From: an uncultured Actinomycetes bacterium
GTDB taxonomy: Bacteria > Actinomycetota > Thermoleophilia > Gaiellales > Gaiellaceae
Direction: 5' to 3'
Length of the DNA: 64,000 nucleotides
NCBI GenBank assembly: GCA_963836925.1
Contig: CAWILJ010000001.1
Coordinates: 39,965 to 103,964, forward strand
Shown here: piece after piece, positions 44,426 through 53,280 of the stretch
Layout: every line of letters begins with the position of its first letter
Position numbering within the stretch: position 1 is the first letter of the stretch
The notes under the pieces: generated by a model
What the model saw: only the letters and a program-made list of their open reading frames with translations
Told to the model about the DNA's origin: nothing
Database searches by the model: none
Made by a program: the position numbers and the translations under genes

Positions 44426-44972
44426 TCTTCTCCGGCATCTGGTTTTACTGTCGCGTCGGACGCCCTGAGGTCGGCCGAGATTCGCTCAGGTCGGTGAGCT
44501 CTCTCATGGCGAAGCACAGCGAAGGGCCGCGTGAACGGCCCCTCACCGCCGTCGCCCAGGTTTCCGTCGTCCCATACGACCGAACCAAGCGACGTACACG
44601 CCAGCCCTGCGACCAACCGTCAACCCACCTCGGGAGGGGTCGCATCGAGCCGCGAGGCTGACGATTCCCAATCTACCTCCGGACGCAACAAAAGTCGAAC
44701 ACATTCACGGCGCGTCCCCGTCCCTGACTCCACGGCGGTCGGGATTTCTCCGGCGGTGTGAGCATCGACGGCGGCGCTCGGCCCGGTTAGAGGGACCGCG
44801 GCCGCGCCGCAGCACGTCGAAGCATGGGCTCGGTGCCGTGTCCTCGCCAAGCAACAGCCCAACCGGAGGACCCGGTTGTAACGGCCGCGCCACCGCGTTA
44901 GGCTCACGGGGGTTCACGCCTCTTGCCCCTGCCGCCGACAACTCAGGCCGTTCCCCGTCCCAGAGCCGCGCG

Positions 44973-45104
44973 ATGACCGAGCCGCTGAAGAAGAAGCTCC
45001 GGAAGAAGGCCAAGAAGGCGCAGCGCCGCAAGCTCGAGAAGGCGCTCGCAGCCAACGGCAGGCATGAACGCGAGCAGAAGGGGTCGAAGAAGAAGCACGT
45101 CTAG
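44973..45104 (+). CDS. small Lys/Arg-rich protein (43 aa), paralog of 7397..7543
   Basis: MTEPLKKKLRKKAKKAQRRKLEKALAANGRHEREQKGSKKKHV. This uses the internal ATG of ORF 44838..45104. Confidence 0.4.
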   Translation: MTEPLKKKLRKKAKKAQRRKLEKALAANGRHEREQKGSKKKHV

Positions 45105-45218
45105 CGCCCGATCTCCCCGAGCGGGCCGGCCTGCTCGCGCTCGGCGGGAAAAACGCCCGACGACGATCTCTCCGACGCCGTCGTCGCTGGGGGTCAGCGT
45201 GAAGGTGGCCGGGAGGGC

Positions 45219-46676
45219 TCAGATGAGCCGCCGCCAGCGGGTGAAGACGTCTTCCAGCTCCGGCCGCCGGCGCTGCGGGCTGAGCACGAACAGCCGGTCC
45301 CCGGCCCGGACGACGCTGCTGCCCCGCGGCGGGATCGAGTCGCCGTCGCGCTGGATCACCGCGACGAGCGCATCGCGCGGCAGCCCGAGCTCGCGCACGG
45401 CAGAGCCGTCGATCGAGTGGTTCGGCTCCACCTCGAACTCGACCAGGTCGAGCTGCGCGAGGGGCCCGCTCTCCGCGGCGCGATCGGGGGCGGGGCGGCG
45501 GGCCGAGGTAAGCCCGAGCGCCTTGGCGACACGCTCCAGCGTCGTCCCCTGGACGAGCGCCGAGACGATCACGACGAAGAAGACGACGTCGAAGATCGAG
45601 TTCGCGTGTCGGACGCTCGAGGAGAGAACGAACGTGGCGACCACGATCGGGGCGGCGCCGCGAAGCCCGGCCCAGCCGAGCAGCACACGGTCTCGGTTCG
45701 AGAAGCTCGACCAGAGGGTCGAAGCCCACACCGCAGCCGGCCGTGCGACCAGCATGAGGGCGAGCGCCAGGGCCACGCTCCGGAGCGCGACATGGGGCAA
45801 TTGGCTCGGAAACACGAGCAGGCCGAGGAGCACGAACAGGCCGACCTGCGCCACGAACGCGAGACCCTCGTGGAAGGCGGCGAGCTGACGGCGGTACCGC
45901 GACGGCGTGCTGCCGACCGCGAGCCCGACGAGGTAGACCGCGAGGAAGCCGCTGCCGCCCAGCGAGTCGGCCGCGCCGAACGAGAGCGCCGCGGCGGCCA
46001 CCGAGACGACGGGCGCGAACGCGGCGATGGACTCGGGGATTCGTGCGAACACCCAGACGGCGACGGCGCCGAGCGCGATCCCGACGACGAGGCCGATCGA
46101 GATCTGCCGGAACACGAGTAGCGCGAGGTCGCCGAGCCCGTGCGTCTCCGGATGCTCGATCCAGCCGATCAGGCCGACGGTGAGGGCGATCGCCATCGGG
46201 TCGTTGCCGCCCGACTCGGCCTCGAGCGTCCGCGCGAGCCGGCGCGAGATGTGCGTGACCCGCAGCGTCGAGAAGACGGCCGCAGCGTCCGTCGACGCGA
46301 CGACCGCGCCCAGGAGGAACGCCTCGAGCCAGGTGAGGTCGAAGAGCGCCTGCGCCGCGACCCCGGTCAGGAGCATGCTCACCACCACGCCGACCGTGCT
46401 CAGGAGCCCCGCCGGCACGGCGACCTCGCGCAGGCGCCGCCACGACGTCTGGAGGCCGCCCTCGTACAGGATCAGGCCGAGGCCGACGACCCCGGCCTGG
46501 CGAGTCAGGCGAGCGTCGTCGAAGTCGATTCCGCCCGGCCCGTCGGAGCCGAGCAGCATCCCGAGGCCCAGGAACGCGACGAGCACGGGCAGCCCGGTGC
46601 GCGCCGCGCCGAGGGCGAGCGCAGCCGCCAGGGCCAGGATCAGCCCGACGAGGAGGAGGGCGAGGCCTTCGTCCAC
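45219..46676 (-). CDS. K+/H+ (monovalent cation:proton) antiporter, CPA1/NhaP2-like with a C-terminal RCK_C/TrkA-C domain
   Basis: 485 aa with about 11-12 TM segments. The C-terminal soluble domain reads VEFEVEPNHSIDGSAVRELGLPRDALVAVIQRDGDSIPPRGSSVVRAGDRLFVL. Confidence 0.85.
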   Translation of the reverse strand: MDEGLALLLVGLILALAAALALGAARTGLPVLVAFLGLGMLLGSDGPGGIDFDDARLTRQAGVVGLGLILYEGGLQTSWRRLREVAVPAGLLSTVGVVVSMLLTGVAAQALFDLTWLEAFLLGAVVASTDAAAVFSTLRVTHISRRLARTLEAESGGNDPMAIALTVGLIGWIEHPETHGLGDLALLVFRQISIGLVVGIALGAVAVWVFARIPESIAAFAPVVSVAAAALSFGAADSLGGSGFLAVYLVGLAVGSTPSRYRRQLAAFHEGLAFVAQVGLFVLLGLLVFPSQLPHVALRSVALALALMLVARPAAVWASTLWSSFSNRDRVLLGWAGLRGAAPIVVATFVLSSSVRHANSIFDVVFFVVIVSALVQGTTLERVAKALGLTSARRPAPDRAAESGPLAQLDLVEFEVEPNHSIDGSAVRELGLPRDALVAVIQRDGDSIPPRGSSVVRAGDRLFVLSPQRRRPELEDVFTRWRRLI

Positions 46677-46785
46677 ACCTCAATCTTGGCGGTGAACGAG
46701 GTCGAGCCTCCGATCGACCGTCCCGAGCGCGCCGCCGACGCAGGAGAAGCATCCGCCGCCCGCGAGGTCGCTATGGTCCCGCGTT

Positions 46786-48570
46786 GTGCCGGGGCTGGTC
46801 GACACATCCATCCGCGTGCTCTCGCAGGAGCCGCTCGCCGGGGCCATGCCGACGGCCGAGCTGCTCAGGCTCGCCGAGATCCTCGACAACGCGGGCTACG
46901 CGTATCTCGAGGTCTCGGGCGGCGGCGCCTTCGACGCGGCGGTACGGCGCGGGGTCGAAAGCCCGTGGGAGCGCATCCGTGCGATCAAGGCGCGGACGAC
47001 GACGCCGCTGATGCTCGCCGTCCGCGGCCGGTTCCTCGTCGGGACGCGGCCGGTCGGGGACGATCTCGTCCGCAGGTTCATGGCGAGCGCCGCCGAGAGC
47101 GGCATCGACTCGTTCCGCCTTCACGACCCGCTGAACGACGCGGGGAACCTCCAGGTCGCAGCGGAGGCCGTCGCCGCGGCCGGACGCGAGTTCGACGCCG
47201 GGCTGCTCTACGGTTCGAGCCGGCACGACGCGCTGGTCGACACGGCACGCCGGATGCCGGAGTTCGGGGCGGCCCGCATCGTCCTCGACGACCCCGCAGG
47301 ACTGCTCCAGCCGCATCGCGCCGGCGAGTTGATCGCCGAGCTGAACGAGCTGACCGGGCTCCCGGTCGGCCTCTACTGCCAGGGCGCCGGCCGGAACGCG
47401 CTCGCGATCGCCCTCGAGGCCGCCCGGGCGGGCGTCGACCTGATCGGCTGCGCCGTCTACCCGGTGGCGCTCGCCACTCACCGGATCAGCGCCGAGTCGC
47501 TCGCGACCGCGCTCGCCGGCATCGGCCACGACGCCGGCGTGGACGTCGAGGCGATCTGGGACGCCGCCGAGGTCGTCGACGAGCACGTCGGCGACATGCC
47601 GATCAGCCCGCTCCTGCCGCGCGTGTCGGTGCGAGCGGCACGGCGCAAGCTCCCGCCGGGCCTCGTGTCGATCATCGACGAGCAGCTCGCGAGCCACAAC
47701 CACTCCGACCGCATCGACGAGGTGCTCGACGAGGTCGAGCGCGTCCGCGTCGAGGCGGGCTCGCCGCCGCTCGCGGCGCCGCTCGGCCAGATCGTCGCCT
47801 CCCAGGCGCTCATCAACGTCCTCGGCGCGAACCGCTACGCCGAGATCGTCGACGAGCTTCGCCATCTCGTGCTCGGCCGCTTCGGCAAGACGCCGGGACC
47901 GATCGACGTGGCGCTCCAGCGCGCCGTCGAGCTCCGCGGCGTAGAGCCGGCGCCTGCGCCGCTCGAGATCGAGGCGCTGCGCGAGAACGCGAAGGGTCTC
48001 GCCTCCAGCGAGGAGGAGCTGCTGCTGCTCGCGCTGTTCGGCGCCGAGGCCGAACCGCTCCTGCAGTCGATCCGCGGCCGGGGCCGCGGTGAGGAGCCCG
48101 ACCGGGACACGAGCGTCGCGCGCGACCGCGACGAGCAGATCCGCTCCGTCGTCCGGATCGTGCAGGAGACGGGCGTCGGCGAGATCACGGTCGAGGAGGA
48201 CGGCGTCCGGGTGAGCGTGCGGAGCTCCTCGGCGGAGCCGGTCTCGGCGCTCCGGCCCGAGTCGCAGGAGACCGACGAGCTTCCGCCGCCGAGCCCCGCG
48301 CCGTCCGGCCTGGTGACGGTCGAGAGCCCGATGGTCGGCACGTTCTACCGGGCGCCGAGACCCGGTGCGGCGCCGTTCGTCGAGGAAGGCGATCCGGTGT
48401 CACCCGGGCAGGTTCTGTGCATCCTGGAGGCGATGAAGCTGATGAACGAGGTGAAGGCTGAGGTCGAGGCGGTTGTCCGGCGCGTCCACGTCTCCGACGC
48501 GCAGCCGGTCGAGTACGGCCAGCTCCTGTTCGAGCTCGAGCCGCTCAACGGCAGGCCCCTCGGCATCTGA
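46786..48570 (+). CDS. chimeric protein: degenerate OadA/PycB-like carboxyltransferase (TIM-barrel + PYC_OADA) domain fused to a complete AccB-type biotin carboxyl carrier protein
   Basis: Residues 1 to about 450 align by eye with oxaloacetate decarboxylase alpha (EVSGGGAFDAAVR..ESPWERIR, FRLHDPLND, PLGQIVASQALINVLGANRY). The metal ligands are replaced: RD to RV11, KDM to D168-D-P, HxH to Y197-C-Q199. Residues from about 455 to 594 are AccB-like (IRSVVRIVQETGVGEITVEEDGVRVSV, a PA-rich linker, SPMVGTFYRAP, EAMKLMNE with K551). Confidence 0.8.
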   Translation: MPGLVDTSIRVLSQEPLAGAMPTAELLRLAEILDNAGYAYLEVSGGGAFDAAVRRGVESPWERIRAIKARTTTPLMLAVRGRFLVGTRPVGDDLVRRFMASAAESGIDSFRLHDPLNDAGNLQVAAEAVAAAGREFDAGLLYGSSRHDALVDTARRMPEFGAARIVLDDPAGLLQPHRAGELIAELNELTGLPVGLYCQGAGRNALAIALEAARAGVDLIGCAVYPVALATHRISAESLATALAGIGHDAGVDVEAIWDAAEVVDEHVGDMPISPLLPRVSVRAARRKLPPGLVSIIDEQLASHNHSDRIDEVLDEVERVRVEAGSPPLAAPLGQIVASQALINVLGANRYAEIVDELRHLVLGRFGKTPGPIDVALQRAVELRGVEPAPAPLEIEALRENAKGLASSEEELLLLALFGAEAEPLLQSIRGRGRGEEPDRDTSVARDRDEQIRSVVRIVQETGVGEITVEEDGVRVSVRSSSAEPVSALRPESQETDELPPPSPAPSGLVTVESPMVGTFYRAPRPGAAPFVEEGDPVSPGQVLCILEAMKLMNEVKAEVEAVVRRVHVSDAQPVEYGQLLFELEPLNGRPLGI

Positions 48571-49913
48571 TGTTCGGCAAGGTCCTCGTCGCGAACCGGG
48601 GCGAGATCGCCGTCCGGGTCATTCGTGCGCTCCACGAGCTCGGCGTCGAGGCCGTCGCCGTGTACTCGACGGCCGACGAGGGCGCCATGCACACGCGCCT
48701 GGCCGACGAGGCGGTCCGGATCGGGCCCGCGCCCGCCGGGCAGAGCTACCTGAGCATCCCGTCGATCGTCGCCGCCGCGGTCACGACGGGCTGCGAGGCG
48801 GTGCACCCGGGGTACGGGTTCCTGTCCGAGAACCCCGCGTTCGTCGAGGCGTGCGTCGACAACGATCTCGTCTTCGTCGGTCCGCCGGCGTCGGTGATGG
48901 AGGCGATGGGCGACAAGATCGCGGCCCGCGCCGCGATGCGCGCGGCCGACGTGCCGACAGTGCCCGGGACCGACGGCGCGACCACGCTGGGAGGCGCCCG
49001 GGCGGCGGCCGCGGAGATCGGGTACCCCGTGATGCTCAAGGCGACCGCCGGCGGCGGAGGACGCGGGATGCGCCTCGTGGACGACCCCGCGGACCTCGAG
49101 GACCTCTTCGAGTCCGCCTCGGCCGAGGCGGCGGCGGCGTTCAGCAACGGGACGCTCTACCTCGAGAAGGTGCTCTCGCCCGCGCGCCATGTGGAGATCC
49201 AGGTGTTGTGCGACGGGCACGGGAACGTCCTCACCCTCGGCGAACGGGAGTGCTCGATCCAGCGGCGCCACCAGAAGCTGATCGAGGAGACCCCGTCGGC
49301 CGCGCTCTCCCCGGAGCTGCGCGAGGCGATGGAGGGTGCGGCCGAGCGCGCGTGCCGTGCCGTCGGCTATCTGAACGCCGGCACGTTCGAGTTCCTGGTC
49401 GGCCCCGACGGGACGTTCTCGTTCATCGAGCTGAACGCGCGGCTACAGGTCGAGCATCCGGTCACCGAGCTGTGCACGGGCGTCGATCTCGTCCGCGGCC
49501 AGCTGGCGGTCGCAGCGGGCGAGCGTATCCACGCGAACGGCCGCGCCGCCCGGCGCGGGCATGCGATCGAGATCCGCCTCAATGCCGAGGATCCCTCACG
49601 CGACTTCATGCCGGCTCCCGGCACGGTCACGAGGTTCCGGCCGCCGCTCGGGCCCGGCGTGCGGGTGGATACCTTCGTCGAGGACGGCACCGTGATCCCG
49701 CCGTACTACGACTCGATGATCGCGAAGGTGGTCGTCTGGGACACCGGGCGCGACGCCGCGATCGCGCGCGCGGAGCGCGCCCTCTCCGAGCTCGTCGTCG
49801 AGGGAGTCCCGACCACGAGGGAGCTCGCGCTCTCGATCCTCGGCAGCGAGGAGTTCCGGAGCGGCGTGTACTCGACCTCGACGCTCGCCGAGCTCGGCAT
49901 GGTGGCTGCATGA
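48570..49913 (+). CDS. accC: biotin carboxylase
   Basis: MFGKVLVANRGEIAVRVIRA, GYGFLSEN, KATAGGGGRGMR, EHPVTE. Confidence 0.95.
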   Translation: MFGKVLVANRGEIAVRVIRALHELGVEAVAVYSTADEGAMHTRLADEAVRIGPAPAGQSYLSIPSIVAAAVTTGCEAVHPGYGFLSENPAFVEACVDNDLVFVGPPASVMEAMGDKIAARAAMRAADVPTVPGTDGATTLGGARAAAAEIGYPVMLKATAGGGGRGMRLVDDPADLEDLFESASAEAAAAFSNGTLYLEKVLSPARHVEIQVLCDGHGNVLTLGERECSIQRRHQKLIEETPSAALSPELREAMEGAAERACRAVGYLNAGTFEFLVGPDGTFSFIELNARLQVEHPVTELCTGVDLVRGQLAVAAGERIHANGRAARRGHAIEIRLNAEDPSRDFMPAPGTVTRFRPPLGPGVRVDTFVEDGTVIPPYYDSMIAKVVVWDTGRDAAIARAERALSELVVEGVPTTRELALSILGSEEFRSGVYSTSTLAELGMVAA

Positions 49914-50191
49914 GCCTCGTGCTCGACAACCAGGCCGGCACCGTGACGGTGCCCGGGCACGTGCTCGTCGGGATCGCCGTCCGGGCCGCGGAGGGCATCG
50001 ACGGGATCCGCGTCCGGCGCCGGCGCACGGTCGACGTCGAGCTGCGGCACGTGAGGCTGTCGGTCTCGGCCCGGCGGGGCGAGCCGCTCGTCGACCTGGT
50101 CGGGCGCGTCCAGGAGGCGGTCGGCGAGGCGCTGCGGACGATGTGCGGCCTCGACACGCGGGTCGACGTCGCCGTGGGGGCTCTCGAATGA
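49910..50191 (+). CDS. Asp23/Gls24 family protein
   Basis: ATGA overlap with accC. Contains TVTVPGHVLVGIAVRAAEGIDGI...VDLVGRVQEAVGEALRTMCGLDTRVDVAVGAL. Its position between accC and nusB matches Firmicutes yqhY. Confidence 0.7.
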   Translation: MSLVLDNQAGTVTVPGHVLVGIAVRAAEGIDGIRVRRRRTVDVELRHVRLSVSARRGEPLVDLVGRVQEAVGEALRTMCGLDTRVDVAVGALE

Positions 50192-50565
50192 CCCGCCGTC
50201 AGGCACGTCGGCAGGCGCTCTTCCTCGTCTACCAGTGGGATCTCGGCGAGGCGGAGATCGGCTCGCAGTACGGCGAGCCGATCGACCCCTGGGCGCGCGA
50301 CCTCGCGGAGGAGACGACTGCCCACGCCGCCGAACTCGACGCGCGGATCACGGCTGCGGCCGAGGGCTGGACTGCCGACCGGCTCGGAGTCGTGGAGCGG
50401 AGCGCGCTTCGGGTCGCGATCCGGGAGCTCGACCGCGGCGAGGTGCCCCCGGAGGTCGTGATCGACGAGGCGGTCGGGTTCGCGAAGCGGTACGCCACCG
50501 AGGAGGCGGGCCGGCTGGTGAACGGGATCCTCGGGCGCATCCAGAGAGAGGCGGTGGCGCAATGA
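50188..50565 (+). CDS. nusB: transcription antitermination factor NusB
   Basis: MTRRQARRQALFLVYQWDLG..., ERSALRVAIREL, IDEAVGFAKRY, LVNGILGRI. Confidence 0.9.
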   Translation: MTRRQARRQALFLVYQWDLGEAEIGSQYGEPIDPWARDLAEETTAHAAELDARITAAAEGWTADRLGVVERSALRVAIRELDRGEVPPEVVIDEAVGFAKRYATEEAGRLVNGILGRIQREAVAQ

Positions 50566-50759
50566 GTGCGGAGGAGGCGCTCGGCCGCGCCGAGGAGCTG
50601 CTGGCGCGGCTCGAGGCGGCGCGCGAGAAGCTCGAGTCGACCGACGACCCGGATCAGGCGGTCGAGGTCCTCCAGGAGCTCTCCGACCTCGCCCGTCAGA
50701 TCGAGGCCGAGCTCCAGGCGGCGAGGCGGGCAACGGAGGCGGATGCCGCGGGGCCCTGA
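50562..50759 (+). CDS. small coiled-coil protein, exodeoxyribonuclease VII small subunit (XseB)-like
   Basis: 65 aa: EEALGRAEELLARLEAAREKLESTDDPDQAVEVLQELSDLARQIEAELQAARR. The call rests on position (nusB...xseB-ispA in Firmicutes) and a weak pattern only. No xseA is present in the window. Confidence 0.4.
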   Translation: MSAEEALGRAEELLARLEAAREKLESTDDPDQAVEVLQELSDLARQIEAELQAARRATEADAAGP

Positions 50760-51504
50760 CGAGCTGCGGGAGGCGGTCGAGGGCTACCTCGGCGCACTGG
50801 AGCTCGTGGCCGAGCTGGGGACGCTTGCCGAGCCGGTGCGATACTCGCTGGGCGGAAAGCGAGTGCGGCCCGTGCTCTGCCTGGCTGCGGGCGAGGCCGC
50901 CGGAGGTGAGCTCGACGTGCTGCTGCCGGCCGCGGCAGCGGTCGAGCTCGTGCACTCGTTCTCGCTCGTGCACGACGACCTTCCGGCGCTCGACGACGAC
51001 TCGGAGCGCCGCGGCGAGCCGAGTGTCTGGGCGGCCTATGGCGAGGCGACGGCGATCCTGGTCGGAGATGCGCTGGTGGCCGAGGCGTTCCGGCTCGCGC
51101 TCACCGCCGGGCCCGACGTCGCCCGCGAGCTCGTCGAGGCGACGCTCGGGATGATCGGCGGCCAGCAGATGGATCTCGAGGGCGGCCACGATCTGGCGGA
51201 GCTCCACCGGCTCAAGACCGGGGCGCTGTTCTCCGCCTCGATCATGTGCGGCGTCTGGGCGGCGGGCGTCCCCGAGCCCGAGCACGGCCCGTGGCGGGCG
51301 TTCGCGGCCGAGCTCGGGCTGCTCTTCCAGGTCGTCGACGACATCCTCGACGGGGACGGATACGTGGTCGAGGTCGGAGAGGCCCGGTCCCGCGAGCTGG
51401 CGGACGAGGCGGCCACGCGGGCGGAGACCCGGCTCGCGGCGATTCCCGCGGACACCTCCGTGCTCGGGGAGATGGTCGCGCGGCTCGCCGCCCGGACGTC
51501 GTGA
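50743..51504 (+). CDS. polyprenyl (farnesyl/geranylgeranyl) diphosphate synthase
   Basis: GKRVRPVL, the first Asp-rich motif LVHDDLPALDDDSERRG, GGQQMDL, and the second motif FQVVDDILD. Confidence 0.85.
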   Translation: MPRGPDELREAVEGYLGALELVAELGTLAEPVRYSLGGKRVRPVLCLAAGEAAGGELDVLLPAAAAVELVHSFSLVHDDLPALDDDSERRGEPSVWAAYGEATAILVGDALVAEAFRLALTAGPDVARELVEATLGMIGGQQMDLEGGHDLAELHRLKTGALFSASIMCGVWAAGVPEPEHGPWRAFAAELGLLFQVVDDILDGDGYVVEVGEARSRELADEAATRAETRLAAIPADTSVLGEMVARLAARTS

Positions 51505-52265
51505 CCCGCAAGCGACTCGACGTCCTGCTCGTCGAGCGCGGCCTCGCCGAGAGCCGCGCGCAGGCGCAGGCCCTCGTGATGGCCGGGCTCGTGCCCGGAC
51601 ACGCGAAGGCGGGGGAGCAGGTCGACGACGAGGCGCCGCTCGAGGTCGAACGGCCGCCACCGTACGTCTCGCGCGCCGGCGTCAAGCTCGCGAACGCGCT
51701 CGATGCCTTCCGCGTCGACCCGGAAGGCCTCGACTGCCTCGACGTCGGCGCCTCGACGGGCGGGTTCACCGACGTCCTGCTGCAGCGCGGCGCTGCGCGC
51801 GTGATCGCGCTCGACGTCGGTCACGGCCAGCTGCACGCGCGGCTTCGCGGCGACCCGCGTGTGACGGTGCTCGAGCGCCGCAACGCACGGACGCTCACGG
51901 AGCTGCCGTTCGCGCCCGCGCTGATCACCTGCGACGTCTCGTTCATCTCGGTCCGGGCGGCGCTCCCTCCGGCCCTCGGTCTCGCGGCGCCCGGCTGGCA
52001 GGGGCTCGTCCTCGTCAAGCCGCAGTTCGAGGCGGGGAGGCCCGAGGTGCGGAAGGGTGTCGTCCGCGACCCTCTCGTGCACCGGCGCGTGGTGCGCGAG
52101 GTGGCCGAGGCGGCGGCCGGGTGGGGAGCAAGGGTCGCCGGCGTCGTAGACTCGGGCTTGCCAGGCCCCAAGGGAAATCATGAGTTCGTCCTTCACCTCG
52201 TCCAGTCCGAGCTCCCCGGCCTCCCCCCGGAGCTCGACAGGTGGATCGCCGATGCGACCGGTTGA
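51501..52265 (+). CDS. tlyA: TlyA family rRNA (cytidine-2'-O)-methyltransferase
   Basis: GTGA overlap with the upstream gene. S4-like N-terminus RLDVLLVERGLAESRAQAQALV, YVSRAGVKL, DVGASTGGFTDVLLQRGA. Confidence 0.9.
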   Translation: MTRKRLDVLLVERGLAESRAQAQALVMAGLVPGHAKAGEQVDDEAPLEVERPPPYVSRAGVKLANALDAFRVDPEGLDCLDVGASTGGFTDVLLQRGAARVIALDVGHGQLHARLRGDPRVTVLERRNARTLTELPFAPALITCDVSFISVRAALPPALGLAAPGWQGLVLVKPQFEAGRPEVRKGVVRDPLVHRRVVREVAEAAAGWGARVAGVVDSGLPGPKGNHEFVLHLVQSELPGLPPELDRWIADATG

Positions 52266-53046
52266 GCGTGCGCGGATCGTCACCCACGGAGCGACGCGGA
52301 ACGTCGACGCGGCGGTCGAGCGGCTTCGGGCCGCGGCCACGGTCGCGGGCGTCGAGCTGGTCCAGGACGAAGGCGGCGGAGACGCCGACCTTGCCGTCGT
52401 CCTCGGGGGCGACGGTACGATGCTCCGCGCGCTGACGCGGTTCCTCGACAGCGGCGTGCCCGTGATCGGCGCGAACTTCGGCCGCGTGGGATTCCTGACC
52501 GCGATCCCGGGGGAAGAGCTCGAGGCGGGGATGGCGCGCGTCTTCGCCGGCGAGTACGGCGTCGTGTCCCTGCCGACGCTCGAGATCGAGGTCGGCGGGG
52601 GCCGCTACGCCGCCGTGAACGACGCGGTCGTCGTGAGCGGCGCACCGGGAAGGATCGTCGGGATCCAGTACCTCCTCGACGGTGAGGACCTCGGCACGCA
52701 GCCGTGCGACGGGCTCCTCTGCGCCACTCCGCCGGGGTCGACCGCCTACAACCTCTCGAACGGCGGCCCGGTACTCGTGTGGGGGCTCGAGGCGGCCGTG
52801 CTGACGTTCGTGGCGCCGCACACGCTGCACGCGCGCCCGCTGGTGGTCGGCCCCGGGTTCAACCTCGAGGTGGTGAACCGGTCGCCGGATGTCGAGGCGG
52901 TCGTCCTCGCGGACGGGCACGAGGTCGGCTCGCTCGCGACGGGGGAGTCGGTCGCCGTGCGGTTCGGGACGAGCCGGACGATGCTCGCCACGCTGCCCGA
53001 GCAGACGTTCTTCCGCCGCTACGCCCAGGTCTTCGGCATCGACTGA
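52252..53046 (+). CDS. nadK: NAD kinase
   Basis: DLAVVLGGDGTMLRA, GANFGRVGFLT, TPPGSTAYNLS. Confidence 0.9.
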   Translation: MRPVERARIVTHGATRNVDAAVERLRAAATVAGVELVQDEGGGDADLAVVLGGDGTMLRALTRFLDSGVPVIGANFGRVGFLTAIPGEELEAGMARVFAGEYGVVSLPTLEIEVGGGRYAAVNDAVVVSGAPGRIVGIQYLLDGEDLGTQPCDGLLCATPPGSTAYNLSNGGPVLVWGLEAAVLTFVAPHTLHARPLVVGPGFNLEVVNRSPDVEAVVLADGHEVGSLATGESVAVRFGTSRTMLATLPEQTFFRRYAQVFGID

Positions 53047-53107
53047 CCGGGGGGCGAGCCCCGGGCACTCGGCAGCTCGGCGACGACTGTGGACGAAGTG
53101 TTCAAGA

Positions 53108-53143
53108 GTCGTCACGAAGCTGTCACGTCCGTTGACGTAGAAT
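53108..53143 (+). promoter_or_regulatory. candidate recN promoter/operator: GTCGTCACG-N5-GTCACGT followed by TAGAAT
   Basis: This is the only AT-rich patch in the 234-bp nadK-recN spacer. TGTCAcgt-N9-TAGAAT resembles the mycobacterial RecA-independent damage promoter tTGTCRgtg-N8-TAnnnT, with one extra spacer nt. Confidence 0.35.
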
Positions 53144-53280
53144 TTGCAGTAGAGGGCGGAGGGAAGTCGCGGCCCCACCCAGGGTGGGGGGCTTGGCGGA
53201 CACGGCCGGTCCTGGGATGGCCGAACGGGCGGCTCGAAGCGGCAATCGCCGGGGTCCAGCGGCCGTCGTACGATGCCGGG

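Noticed and set aside
46786-49913. Straightforward annotation as a two-subunit pyruvate carboxylase (PycB + PycA) or oxaloacetate decarboxylase alpha
   Set aside because: All four metal-ligand positions of the carboxyltransferase domain are substituted. The C-terminal part is a complete AccB (N-domain plus the SPMVGTFY-type biotinyl domain) rather than the short PycB/OadA biotinyl tail. The gene context is accB-accC-asp23-nusB.
53047-53280. LexA (Cheo/SOS) box upstream of recN
   Set aside because: No CGAAC-N4-GTTCG or TCGAAC-N4-GTTCGA is present. The closest match, CGAAgtgTTCa (about 53094-53104), lacks the required spacing and half-sites.
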